A DNA stretch of 62,995 nt, filler included, from Octopus bimaculoides (taxonomy: Eukaryota): NCBI RefSeq assembly GCF_001194135.2. It is 3 parts of 3 records of this genome, joined end to end, with 100 filler letters (N's around TTAATTAATTAA, not from the genome) between each part and the next. Parts side by side here need not be neighbours in the genome. Positions count along the whole stretch, not along the records: positions 23,551 to 41,485 come from NW_026315910.1; positions 41,586 to 62,995 come from NC_068991.1; 1 more part is not named here. One strand, 5' to 3'. Below are positions 40,057 through 51,699 of this stretch, piece after piece. The notes under the pieces were generated by a model, which saw only the letters and a list, made by a program, of their open reading frames with translations, was not told where the DNA came from and made no database searches. Numbering within the stretch: position 1 is the first letter of the stretch; every line of letters begins with the position of its first letter. The position numbers were made by a program, and so were the translations under genes.

Positions 40057-40650
40057 GTGTGTATATATATATATATATATANNNNNNNNNNNNNNNNNNN
40101 NNNNNNNNNNNNNNNNNNNNNNNNNNNNNNNNNNNNNNNNNNNNNNNNNNNNNNNNNNNNNNNNNNNNNNNNNNNNNNNNNNNNNNNNNNNNNNNNNNNN
40201 NNNNNNNNNNNNNNNNNNNNNNNNNNNNNNNNNNNNNNNNNNNNNNNNNNNNNNNNNNNNNNNNNNNNNNNNNNNNNNNNNNNNNNNNNNNNNNNNNNNN
40301 NNNNNNNNNNNNNNNNNNNNNNNNNNNNNNNNNNNNNNNNNNNNNNNNNNNNNNNNNNNNNNNNNNNNNNNNNNNNNNNNNNNNNNNNNNNNNNNNNNNN
40401 NNNNNNNNNNNNNNNNNNNNNNNNNNNNNNNNNNNNNNNNNNNNNNNNNNNNNNNNNNNNNNNNNNNNNNNNNNNNNNNNNNNNNNNNNNNNNNNNNNNN
40501 NNNNNNNNNNNNNNNNNNNNNNNNNNNNNNNNNNNNNNNNNNNNNNNNNNNNNNNNNNNNNNNNNNNNNNNNNNNNNNNNNNNNNNNNNNNNNNNNNNNN
40601 NNNNNNNNNNNNNNNNNNNNNNNNNNNNNNNNNNNNNNNNNNNNNNNNNN

Positions 40651-40698
<48 letters not shown>

Positions 40699-40829
40699 CA
40701 TATATACTTGTTTACAGCTGTGATTTTTCGCTAATACAAACAATATCAATATATATTATTGTATTTCTATACACCTGTATATATACATACATATTTACCT
40801 ACTAAATCTGACATTAACCTGTGTATTGA

Positions 40830-40862
<33 letters not shown>

Positions 40863-40984
40863 GATTAGAGGATATGTTCACCTCATGACGGGATGGTTGC
40901 ATCCAAGGCAATAGAGGTTCAATACCTAGTATTTTGGGGGAATAAAATTCCTTCAAAACAATAGGTATATATTAAGAATATACT

Positions 40985-41024
<40 letters not shown>

Positions 41025-41222
41025 GATCTGTGTCTGTCTGGTCATGTATCTATTTATCTATGTATCTATCTNNNNNNNNNNGTGTCTGTCTGGTCATGTA
41101 TCTATTTATCTATGTATCTATCTACTTTCCTATCTATCTATCTATCTATCTACACATAGAAAACACACACACACTAAAATGACGTCTCTAGCCTTTCGTT
41201 CATTTTGCCAACGTCTCTACAG

Positions 41223-41329
41223 AACGAACTTGGTGCATCTCATGACGGTACCGGCATTGGACAGGAAGCTTGTGTCATGTATGGCCAGACCAACTTCACA
41301 TCTCTCTACGATGTGTTGGCATCGACACG
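41223..41329 (+). CDS. Putative internal coding exon (107 nt) of an unidentified gene
   Basis: Pyrimidine-rich tract + TACAG acceptor; ACG|GTAACA donor; open frame NELGASHDGTGIGQEACVMYGQTNFTSLYDVLAST(R), phase 0 to 2; GC-richer than its flanks. Product not recognised. Confidence 0.45.
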
Positions 41330-41392
41330 GTAACATTTACGAGAAGAAGAATAACAGAGAGAGAGAAGAAAGGGAGAAAGCATCAGGTTGGT

Positions 41393-41427
<35 letters not shown>

Positions 41428-41485
41428 GGAATGGTGGTGGTGATTGGTAAGAGTGAGTGATGGCTGTCAGTAGCAAGTGGTTTGT

Positions 41486-41585
41486 NNNNNNNNNNNNNNN
41501 NNNNNNNNNNNNNNNNNNNNNNNNNNNNNTTAATTAATTAANNNNNNNNNNNNNNNNNNNNNNNNNNNNNNNNNNNNNNNNNNNN
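41486..41585. other. Artificial scaffold-join spacer (44 N + TTAATTAATTAA + 44 N)
   Basis: Identical to 23451-23550. Confidence 0.9.
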
Positions 41586-41881
41586 CAATGCCCTGCCAAA
41601 ACATTTGAGAGACATGCAAGACATGGATACGGACGTCTTTAAGACAAAACTTGACACTTTCCTCTCCACGGTACCAGACGAACCAATGGCTCGTAATGAG
41701 ACGCAGTTTAGGGCAGCTATGTCAAATTCTCTTATACACCAGATGTGCCATCAAAACTCTTGATTGGACCATGTCAGGTGGGGGAGAAGAGCCATGCGAG
41801 GAACGTGAAAATAACGGTGGTGCACCAGCATGACCGCAGCCACTTGGCTGAAACACATAAATAAATAAATAAATAAATAAA
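41586..41881 (+). mobile_element. CR1/L2-type LINE 3' end (ORF2 C-terminus, 3' UTR, (TAAA)n tail)
   Basis: 41587-41763 reads NALPKHLRDMQDMDTDVFKTKLDTFLSTVPDEP..RAAMSNSLIHQMCHQNS*, matching the FNxLP..FKxKLDxFL..PD C-terminus; (TAAA)n at about 41858-41881. Confidence 0.75.
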
Positions 41882-42319
41882 TATGAGGACAGGACATCAC
41901 CAACTGTGTAAACAACATGCAGTACGAAAACATGTTAAATACGCTAACAACGCTATCTTTTCTCTTTTCAAAGAAAATTTTTCTTACGGCGTTCACTACT
42001 TTCTTCTCGTTCTGCTCTAACGACCTTCCATGTTTGTTTTCGTTTGGTTTTCTTGTATGTCTCCACTGTCCTGCTTTTGTTCCCAACTTTGACCCTCCAT
42101 AAGTCCTAAATTATATTTTTGAATTTATGGGAGCACCTCTCCTTGAAGACTCATATTGTCATTGAATGCTCGAAATGAGAAGTAGATAGACAACTGATGA
42201 AGGATCGTTTTCTATGTCTACTTGCCCCGTTTTCCATTTTTTTCACTAGTTGTTTGTATTTCACGTTTGTTTTCGTACTTCATGTTGTTTACACAGTTGG
42301 TAACGTCCTGTCCCCATAT
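41881..42319. mobile_element. Non-autonomous element with 51-bp terminal inverted repeats (MITE-like or inverted Penelope terminal repeat)
   Basis: 41881-41931 versus the reverse complement of 42269-42319: 47/51 identical; no coding capacity inside. Confidence 0.65.
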
Positions 42320-42777
42320 TTGCTTATATATGTATATATATATNNNNNNNNNNNNNNNNNNNNNNNNNNNNNNNNNNNNNNNNNNNNNNNNNNNNNNNNN
42401 NNNNNNNNNNNNNNNNNNNNNNNNNNNNNNNNNNNNNNNNNNNNNNNNNNNNNNNNNNNNNNNNNNNNNNNNNNNNNNNNNNNNNNNNNNNNNNNNNNNN
42501 NNNNNNNNNNNNNNNNNNNNNNNNNNNNNNNNNNNNNNNNNNNNNNNNNNNNNNNNNNNNNNNNNNNNNNNNNNNNNNNNNNNNNNNNNNNNNNNNNNNN
42601 NNNNNNNNNNNNNNNNNNNNNNNNNNNNNNNNNNNNNNNNNNNNNNNNNNNNNNNNNNNNNNNNNNNNNNNNNNNNNNNNNNNNNNNNNNNNNNNNNNNN
42701 NNNNNNNNNNNNNNNNNNNNNNNNNNNNNNNNNNNNNNNNNNNNNNNNNNNNNNNNNNNNNNNNNNNNNNNNNNNNN

Positions 42778-43753
42778 AAATGAATTATAGTGCAATTCAA
42801 AAGCCAAGGAAAAAAAATCAACTGATTCTCGTCCCGGCCGAACTGGGCACTCGGAAAGGAAGCTTCGCTGTTTGAAGAGTCCTGTGGAAAACGAACCCCG
42901 TTCGAAAGCTTCTGACATTGCAAAACAGATAGAAATTAGTCCAAAAACGTGTGTTACATATCTGCATATGCTTGGGTATTATGGACGAGCAGCTAGAAGA
43001 AAACCTTTCCTTCAACCAATTAATATTACGAAAAGAAAGAAATGGGCTAAGGAGGTGTCAGAAAAATCCAGTTCATTTTGGGATAGAGTGATTTTCTCAG
43101 ATGAATCCAGATTTGCATTATTCTCAGACAGTGGACGTGTTTGAGTCTGTAGGCTTCCCAATCAAGAATTTGATTTGAAACGACTCCAACCAACTGTGGA
43201 ACATGGCAGTATCTCTGTAATGGTATGAGCTTTCACCAGCAATGGTCGTTTTTGAACTGATTGAATGTGTTGGAAGCATAAACTCTGAAAAAGACATCGA
43301 AATACTTAAGCAAGGACTAATTCCGATGTGTTCACACGATAACATAGCGAAAAATTAGTTTTTATTCATGGAAGATGGGGCTCCATGCCACACAGCGAAA
43401 AGGAATCAACAATGGCTGACTGAAAATGGGATCAAAAAGCTTCTTTGGCCGAGCCAATCTTCTGATATGAACCCAATTGAAAATTTTTGGAGCATACTAG
43501 ATAGAACTATACGAAAAACTCGACAGAAACCTAAATATAAAGATGAATTGTTTCAACTGTTTCTTGAAAAGAGACAATCACAAAGCTCATCAGTTCAATG
43601 CCAAAAAGAGTTTCTGTATTAAAAACTGCAAAGAGAATGTCAGCTAAATACTAAAGTATGTAGTCCTACCTATCGATTATATTTCAAATGTTCGCTTTGC
43701 GTATTAAATAAGAGATTTTGAAAATTAAAGGTGTCTATATACTTTCTGCATGT
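42778..43753 (+). mobile_element. Tc1-like DD34E transposase pseudogene; 5' end lost in gap
   Basis: YYGRAARRKPFL, WDRVIFSDESRF, EDGAPCHTAK..WPSQSSDMNPIENFW with 34 residues between D and E; stops and frameshifts present. Confidence 0.92.
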
Positions 43754-43803
43754 AAAGCGTGGAAACTATTCGTAAGCTTGTGTTTTGCTCATAGCAGCGT
43801 CAT

Positions 43804-43981
43804 TGGGTCAAGACAAAAATCAGTCTTTCGTTAGCTCACTATCTGTATGTTGAGGGTAAGGATGTTGAAGTTGTTGAGCGCTTCACTTTTCTTCGCAGCG
43901 AGAACCATGACAACATTTGCTCCAAGTCTGAAGTCTTAAAATGACTTAGGTGTGCTAGGTTAATTGTGGACTCACTGGACA
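43804..43981 (+). mobile_element. RTE-type LINE RT fragment
   Basis: WVKTKI..VEGKDVEVVERFTFLRS..SEVLK*LRCARLIVDSLD resembles the RTE KTK..VEVVDxFxYLGS..EIxxRIxxA region. Confidence 0.6.
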
Positions 43982-44232
43982 CATACATACATACATACAT
44001 ACATACATACATACATACATACATACATAGGTACCAAATTCAGTATAAACCGTAGATCCAGTCCAGGGTTAATTACAGGCGTGGTGTATGTATAAAAGAA
44101 GATAAGTAAGGTTTAAAATTTATAGCAGCTGTTTCTGTAACATTCTATCGATGCATTCTTACATTACACCATAGCAAAAACCCAACACCTTCAGGTAAAA
44201 GTTTAAAGACACATGAACTGGCAAAGTGAAAC

Positions 44233-44303
44233 TAGAAAATGTCCTATTTACCAACTAACTTGAATTTGTTTGTCAATTTGGTTGGTAAATAGGTTATTAT
44301 CTA
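44233..44303. ncRNA. Candidate pri-miRNA-like hairpin
   Basis: Perfect 13-bp CCTATTTACCAAC/GTTGGTAAATAGG, extended to about 21 upper-stem and about 10 lower-stem positions with a 9-nt loop. No expression evidence. Confidence 0.35.
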
Positions 44304-44373
44304 AGAATGTACCAATGAAATGTTACCAAAACAGTTGTAGTAGATTTTAAACCCTACTTGAGTTCTTCTTTGT

Positions 44374-44416
<43 letters not shown>

Positions 44417-44478
44417 ATATATGTATATATATNNNNNNNNNNNNNNNNNNNNNNNNNNNNNNNNNNNNNNNNNNNNNN

Positions 44479-44534
<56 letters not shown>

Positions 44535-45615
44535 TAGATAGATAGATAGATATCCATACACACATACACATACATACACATAATGGGGTAGGCCTTTTCT
44601 GTGTCAACGTTTGTGGCTGAATAGGTCTGCCTTCGAAAATCAAACACGACCACCCTGCTCATAAAAATAAAAGACTCGCGGGCCCTTCTCGGAGAGAGGG
44701 TTCACGTCTTCGTATATCTACTGGCACAGTTCAACTCAGAATATGCGTCCCTATTCTTCTCGAATTCTTAAGCACCAGTAGCAACGATATTCGTACACAT
44801 AGTTAAACGCGCGTGCAAACACCTACATATATATAAATTTACGTACACTCTCACACAGGTATAGATATATGTACACACACTTTGTGTGTGTGTGTGTACA
44901 ATATTTGAGTAAAAGAATAAATGAATATATGATTCATACTGCTATTCGAAATGGCCACCAGACGTACAATAAAGTGGAAGTGTCAGAGAAGATGATATTC
45001 ACACGTGAGAAAATACCTTGAGAGAAGTTCAGGTACAAAATTGTTATATATATTAGACCCTACCTTAATATTGCGTGGACTAAATTTTCTTTTGTCAGGC
45101 CTCTTATATGTAGGTATCAGGATTTATATTTTCGAAGCGAAATTAACTTGTATTTGTTAGGTTAGTTAATGTTGTTTACGGCATAACAGGCCTCCGATAC
45201 GAGAGTATTAGTAATTATATGTTACAAAGGGAAATAACTTATATACTTTATAAAAGTTAATGTTATTAAGGATATTATTAGTTGCATTTAATTTTAAAAG
45301 GTGGAGTCCACCCCATTATGTAAGTATTATGGCTAAAAGCTTTGATCCGGTTATAAGAGCTGTGAACTGAACTGCCAGGCATTGCTCCAGTGCATGACAG
45401 CTCTCAGCATTAATGATATTATACCAGGTAATGTCCATTGGATAAGTCAGAACCGCGTTAAATAGTTTCTGATGGCTAATTGTGTCACTCTACTTTGAGC
45501 CTGATATAGTAGTTTATATGACACCAAAGAGAGCAAGTTTTAAAATCCTAGGTTCTATAAATACTACAACAAAAGAAAAAATATTTACGTAACTGAAAGT
45601 GAATACAATAGCGTT

Positions 45616-47871
45616 GTTAACAAAGGTGGAAAGGGAAGCGTAACTGTTTGTGCTGTGAAGTTTTATTATGTCATATGATATTTATAAGCAATGAATGCAA
45701 CGTGATAGGGCGATGGTTGTAAGCAACAAGTTCGCTATTAATAATGGTTTATCGTTTATCTGCAAGGCTTGTAACGCAGTATGTGCAATACATTGTAGAG
45801 AGTGTGGCGTAACGCAATATGTGCAATACATTGTACAGAGTGTGGCGTGCAATATGTAGGACAAACTACAAAATAGATATGGATAAATGCATTTGTAAAC
45901 ATTTTAAAGAACATAGTTCTGGGTTTGAAAATTTTAAAGTACAATTTACTGATAAAGTAGCGGATAAAAGCAAAACAATAATTAAAAATATATCAGACAA
46001 ATGCTTCTGAAGAAGGAAACATTTTTAGACTAGAGCACTGTGTAGTATTTATTATCCACTATGGTGAATGATAGGGTTTTAGGGTTCTGGAAATGTATCG
46101 GGTGAAAGTATTTTTCACAGCCCATATTAAGAAGACAACCTAACCACGATAGAAGATTAAATAAGACAACAAATTTAGGTGATTTTGTTCCCTTTTTCAT
46201 ATTTAAAATCTATTGGAAAGATTTAAAAGGACACAGCAGATGTTAGGCATTTCTTATCAATAGTTTTATGCAGTTAGCTATTTAAAGCACCAGAAAGAAC
46301 CCACACAGTCTAGGCAGAATACATGGTAAAACTTTTCATTAGTAAATCCATTGCTGAGATTTATTTGAGTCTAATCTTAATAGAAAGAAGTCGCATGGTC
46401 TTTTGTTGGTCAATGTTAAGAGTACAAATATATGCAGTAGCTTTAAACGCTGCCGTTCTGTAGGCGACAGATTGTTTAATTACAGCAGGTTTTTGTTGAG
46501 CATTAACTTGGAAAGTTTAAGAAAGTTTTGCTTTGGAACTTGCAATTGAGGTAAGTCCAAATTCTGTTACAGTGGGGTTGGGCATATTTATATGTTGGTT
46601 CTAAATATTATTAACGATTATTTGCATATTTATTCTTAAAGTGTTCAGGTAAGTTCTGATGCAAAATATGTAAGTTCCTATAGTGTACGTCATAGGAAAA
46701 TAAATTCTCCCTTTTACTATAACAGTCTATTCAAAACACTTGGCTCACTGACGCACTTGGCCCTGCAACACAAGTGTCTTGGACTTTTAAGCTGATTTAT
46801 ACTTTCAGAGAACAAATTATTTGCTGACCAGTGCGTATATCTCCAACCGATAAAATATTGATATAATAACGATATTAAAATATTGTAAATGAGAATTCGA
46901 GAAGGATAATCGGGAAGGGTACTGGTTAGTATAGATAGAGGAGATTATCTTAAGCTGGAATACCGATTTTATAGTTTGGTTAAGACTTAAATAAAAGGTT
47001 AGAGAGGAGAATTTTGAAAACTGGTGAAAGAGAGTAACCGGTTTATCACTGAGACAAACAAGGAGCATGAACAGGATGATAGAAAAAGAGTCAGGCTTTA
47101 TTAAGCAAGAAGTTTAGAAATATATTAATACATTGCAAAATAAATGCCTTTTAGTAGCAGCGAATAAGGCTGCGGAAATTTTGAAATTTATTTGTAAAAA
47201 ATATTAATTGGTTTAGGTAACGAATTAGGATTAAGAAATGACTTCAACTTTAAAGCTAATTGTACTTATATAGTAGTATAAACAATTCAATAAGAAAATT
47301 AATTCCTGACTTTGGAATACTGAGTGGTTTCAGCGTACAAGAGAAGGACAACATTATTCCAAAGTTTTTTTTTATTCCAGCAATGAATAAATTTCAATGT
47401 AAGAGTAGATTTATTGAGTGACAGAAAGTGCATCAATATACTACTATGTTACCAACAAAAATTGTTAGTCGTCCTTTACAAGGTATTACAAAAGGAATGT
47501 TTTGCAATTCAGGTGTTAGCTTGTTTTAGAGTATTAGGTCTTATACTGAAATTTTCAAGAAACTGAGAAATCTTAACGTAGTTCAGGCCATGCATGTATA
47601 TGATTTCTTTTCACTATATACTAATCTAGAATTTTAAAAGATATAGAAGGTATATTTAAAATTATTGATATGGTGTTTAATAAGTTTATGAATATATTTC
47701 CATCGGAAATGTTGACTGATTTTTAAAAAATCAAAATGTAAGCTTAATGCTTTTCCTTGTTTAAATAAGAGCCAAATAATGGAGACGATTAGCCTTTATG
47801 CTTAATTACGCATATATTGCTTCAACAGAGAGATATTTAAATAAATTATGGATATTCCAATGGATGGTAAT
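45616..47871 (+). mobile_element. Decayed Penelope-like retroelement with N-terminal GIY-YIG endonuclease (Naiad-like), truncated within RT
   Basis: Across frameshifts, in order: NCLCCEV; AIHCxECGVQYVGQT; CKHFKEH; YP(Y)G(L)NDR; KLFISKSIAEI; SVGDRLFNYS; SKFCYSGVGHI; LLVAANKAAEILKFICKKY; NELG; IPAMNKFQCKSRFI; NSGVSLF; YDFFSLYTNL; IFK*IMDIPMDGN. Confidence 0.8.
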
Positions 47872-48152
47872 AGAAGTTGCATGCCACCAACTTCAAAGAT
47901 GGTAATTACTTATTTCTTCCATGTTTCCTTTGAAGGAAATGCCAAAAGGCAACTATATACACACATACATACTTAATGTGCATATGTACATATTAGCAAA
48001 CCATTAATTCCGGTGAATGCATTCACTCTTTGGCAGGTCTTATCTTTCATCCTGCAGAGTGTCCAAAATTACATTCTTCATCAAGCAAACCTGGTAGAGG
48101 TGCCACCTTAGTAACGATGATCTGACCATGCAATAAGTTGTATTGGGTTACA

Positions 48153-48216
48153 TGTCTGTCTATCTATTGTGATCAGATATCTCACAAGCTATCTGATCAC
48201 AATAGAATGACACACA
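48153..48216. ncRNA. Candidate hairpin with perfect 17-bp stem
   Basis: TCTATTGTGATCAGATA (48163-48179) / TATCTGATCACAATAGA (48190-48206), 10-nt loop, extendable by 7 more pairs after a 2x2 internal loop. Confidence 0.3.
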
Positions 48217-48808
48217 CACACACACACAATCATACATACTTGCATATATGTGGAGTCATTGCAACGGAATTTAAGAGGAGGATGAATAACTATCTTGGTC
48301 CCTTTACTAATATGTAAAAATTACATAACACATCACCAGCAAAATTAATCCGGCAATTAAAGGACAGTAATAAACTCACTCCATTTCCTTGTCCATTATA
48401 CAGGAAGCTTTTTCCATATAGGGTAGGTAGGTTAGCTGTGATTTATGTTCTATGGAGGCAGTTGTGGTTTTAGGACGCAAATCTTGTCCAATTAATAAAC
48501 GTAAAGAGCAACTGATCCGATGCATACATCAGATTATGAACATTTTTCTTCTGAATGCTAATACAGTTTGTCTCCGACTGGTCTTGGATTTGGGTAAACT
48601 ACCTATAATATATTTCAACTAGGTCTGTACCTGAATCTCTTATTTCTACTTCGTTGCTTTTCCTCCTCTCGTTTGGCTAATATTTGATAGTACCGAGACC
48701 CCTATTGTAAAACTGCCAAAGAAACTTCATACAATAAGGCCACCTAGACCTACAAAACTGGGGCCGAAACAACTACAACACAATTTTATATATATAAATA
48801 GATGTGTA

Positions 48809-48874
<66 letters not shown>

Positions 48875-49954
48875 CGTGCGTGCGAGCGAGTTACATGCGT
48901 GTAATATCTTTATGTAAGCTAATGAAATTAAAATGAACTCAAGTCACATATGTTTATTTTACTTAGTATGCACTGTGCGATATATGTGCGAAGAGGTGTC
49001 TGTGTTTGTGTTTATGCTTACCAGTTTGAACTTGGACTGGGAGAGGTTTATATCCGAACGGTTGGGATGAATGTTTTAAAGTTCTTTTATCTACTATTTA
49101 TGAACAGTATACTTAAGCATACCCTTCCTCTTTTTTCTACTTTTTGTTTTCTCTATTTTATCTCTAAGCCAACAATCCGTATCTGTCCCTCAAAGGAAAT
49201 CATTCGCAATTAGTTGACAAATTCCTCATTGTTCTCTTAGACGCTTTCGCCTTTTTCCTCACCTTTCTCTGTTTATTTTTTCTTTTTCTACTTTGTTTAC
49301 TGAGTAGGAAACGAGTTTTTTTTATTTATCTATATTTTCTCTCTGTGCTGTTCTCCTTCACTTCTTATGTATCTTTCAATCTTTCACATCAAGAATTTGG
49401 CATACCAAATACAAAAACAAAAATATCTTTCACCGTTCTGTTTACTAAGCGATTAGTTTTATAATCTAATTACAAATTTATTTTACTAGCTACTTAATTC
49501 TTTGACTGGTCAGTTGGTGCAGGTGTAGAGTACAGCCAATCGTCCACTTCATCTAATTGTAATAAGTAACTGAAAGAATGCAATAATAATAATAATAATA
49601 ATAATAATAAACTATGATGATGATAGGGTTACTTTGTTTTCCACCAATCTCAGATTGATATTTGTAAACATGATTTATTTTCAATAAGTCTCTCAAAACA
49701 CGACCTAAAATGTGATTTTCATACTATTCAAACTTGAAGAATAATCCTAATTCAAATGTTGAAAAACTTTTACACGAAAAAAAACTTTAATCCATGTCGC
49801 TGCTGTAAATTATTTCTTTAAACATTAGAAGCGAACCAAGCTGGATAGGATACATTCTAATGCTATAGCTTTTCACTACACATATTTTTTAGCACAAAAA
49901 AATACGCTTCAATTACACGTTTACAGAATCGCAAAACGTATTTATTAAAATAAC

Positions 49955-50039
<85 letters not shown>

Positions 50040-50416
50040 TTTTCATAGCTCACAGGCATTAGTTTTTTTGCTGTTTCCTTTTTTTCAAGCGCATAGCATT
50101 CCAGAAAATTGCATCATTAGATACAAGACTTGTTCCTTGACGTCACTAACGGAGATTTAGGTGCCGCTTGTATAACTTAAAGCAGAGGCAAACAACAACA
50201 ACAACAACAACAATAATAATAATAATAATAATATTAATAATAATTGTGGTGATACAAGGATAAAACAAGTGCCACGGGTGTCACATTTATTTTTCGACCT
50301 TATAAAATCAAAAAGTTAATTTCACCAAGATTTTATATATAATTCTGGTTTTTGTATTCGGTAAAAAAAAAAATTGCTAGTGAAAATAAATAAATGGATA
50401 AAATAATACAAGGAAA

Positions 50417-50750
50417 ATGCTTGTAAAGTATTCTATTATTATTGGAATTATCCTTTTCATTGATCCTGTGGCACTGGTTATCAGAGAAAGTAGTTGTGCA
50501 CCATTAATTCTTTTTAACCGCTACAGATTACAGTTTCCTGTGTTTAGATATAGAGCAGAAATTAGAGAAACGTGTCAACGTTATGGAGGACATTGGTTGG
50601 AACAACGTTGCAGCTTAGCACCAGTGTTCAAAATTGAAATAGAATGTTGTCTCTTCAGTTCAAGAATTCCAGCTTCCCGCTGTAGGATGTCGATATGCGA
50701 CAGAAAGGGAACACGACTGACTACTTGGGAAAATGGGCCGCCATACAAAG
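50417..50750 (+). CDS. Exon 1 of a candidate secreted cysteine-rich protein
   Basis: AAAATG start; hydrophobic N-terminus MLVKYSIIIGIILFIDPVAL; 7 Cys; non-repetitive composition; AAAG|GTAAGG donor (phase 1). Confidence 0.65.
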
Positions 50751-50770
50751 GTAAGGAAAAATTTCTTGCA

Positions 50771-51149
50771 TCTTATAACTTCTGTCTTGTTTCACTCTTG
50801 GATTGAGGCCATGCTGGGGCGACGCCTTGAAGTGTTTAATTAAACAAATTGATCCCAGTATTTATTTTTTAAAGTTTGGCACTTACTCTATTGGTCTCTT
50901 TGTCGAACCACGGGAACATAAACAAACTATCACCGGTTGATAAGTGGTAATGGGAGACAAATACACAAACACTCACACATACACGGGCTTCGACACAGTT
51001 CTTTTCTGTCTACCAAATTTATCCACATGCCATTGATCAACCCGGAACTATAGTAGAAAACACTTGTCTAAGATGCCACGCAGTAGGACTGACCCTAAAA
51101 CCTTGTGGTTCCAAAGTATGCTCCTTAACCACATAGCCATGCTTGTGCC
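50771..51149 (-). mobile_element. Family-B-related SINE, diverged, within the predicted intron
   Basis: Aligns by eye to 58576-58970 and 53586-53854. Confidence 0.75.
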
Positions 51150-51565
51150 AATGGAAAAAGAATTATGATCCGGTTCTCTAATTTTTAATTTATGTGGTTG
51201 ATTTTAGTTTTTAAGATCAAGTTTCACTGTGAATCCATTCTATTGTTACACGAATATTTTATTCTTCGAAATAAGATGAGAAAACTAAATATCCCAATAA
51301 GAATATGTTCATCTCGAACGGCTTTAAAAATTACTACAAAAATACGTTGTTGTCTGTGGGAAACGTTCAAGCATAAATGTTACTACATATTTACATGGAC
51401 ATGTATGTGTGGGTGGATGTGAGTGTGTGTGTGTGGTGTGTGTGAATGTGTGTGTGGTGTGTGTACATATGCATGAGTATATAGGCATGCACGTAAACAT
51501 GTACATACACATATACGCATAAAAATATAGGTAAATCGATATACACAATCAGACATACTTTATAG

Positions 51566-51699
51566 TTATAACTGTGACACGTTATACCTCTAACGTAGCT
51601 GATGTTATACGTTGTATTAACAATAAGCGACTAAACTACCCACAAAGCGTTACGATTAACAATATCCGTACACCATACCCTAGACCACAAGAGATATAA
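51566..51699 (+). CDS. Exon 2 (terminal) of the candidate secreted protein
   Basis: ACTTTATAG acceptor in the phase required by exon 1 (G|TT = Val); reads VITVTRYTSNVADVIRCINNKRLNYPQSVTINNIRTPYPRPQEI*, giving 155 aa and 8 Cys in total. Confidence 0.45.

Noticed and set aside
41223-41260. ADAM/ADAMTS zinc-binding site from LGASHDG
   Set aside because: HExxH is absent and the downstream sequence lacks the expected context; similarity too short to assign.
46007-46020. CTGAAGAAGGAAAC as a hammerhead core
   Set aside because: No room for stem II, and it lies within the element's coding region (LLKKET).
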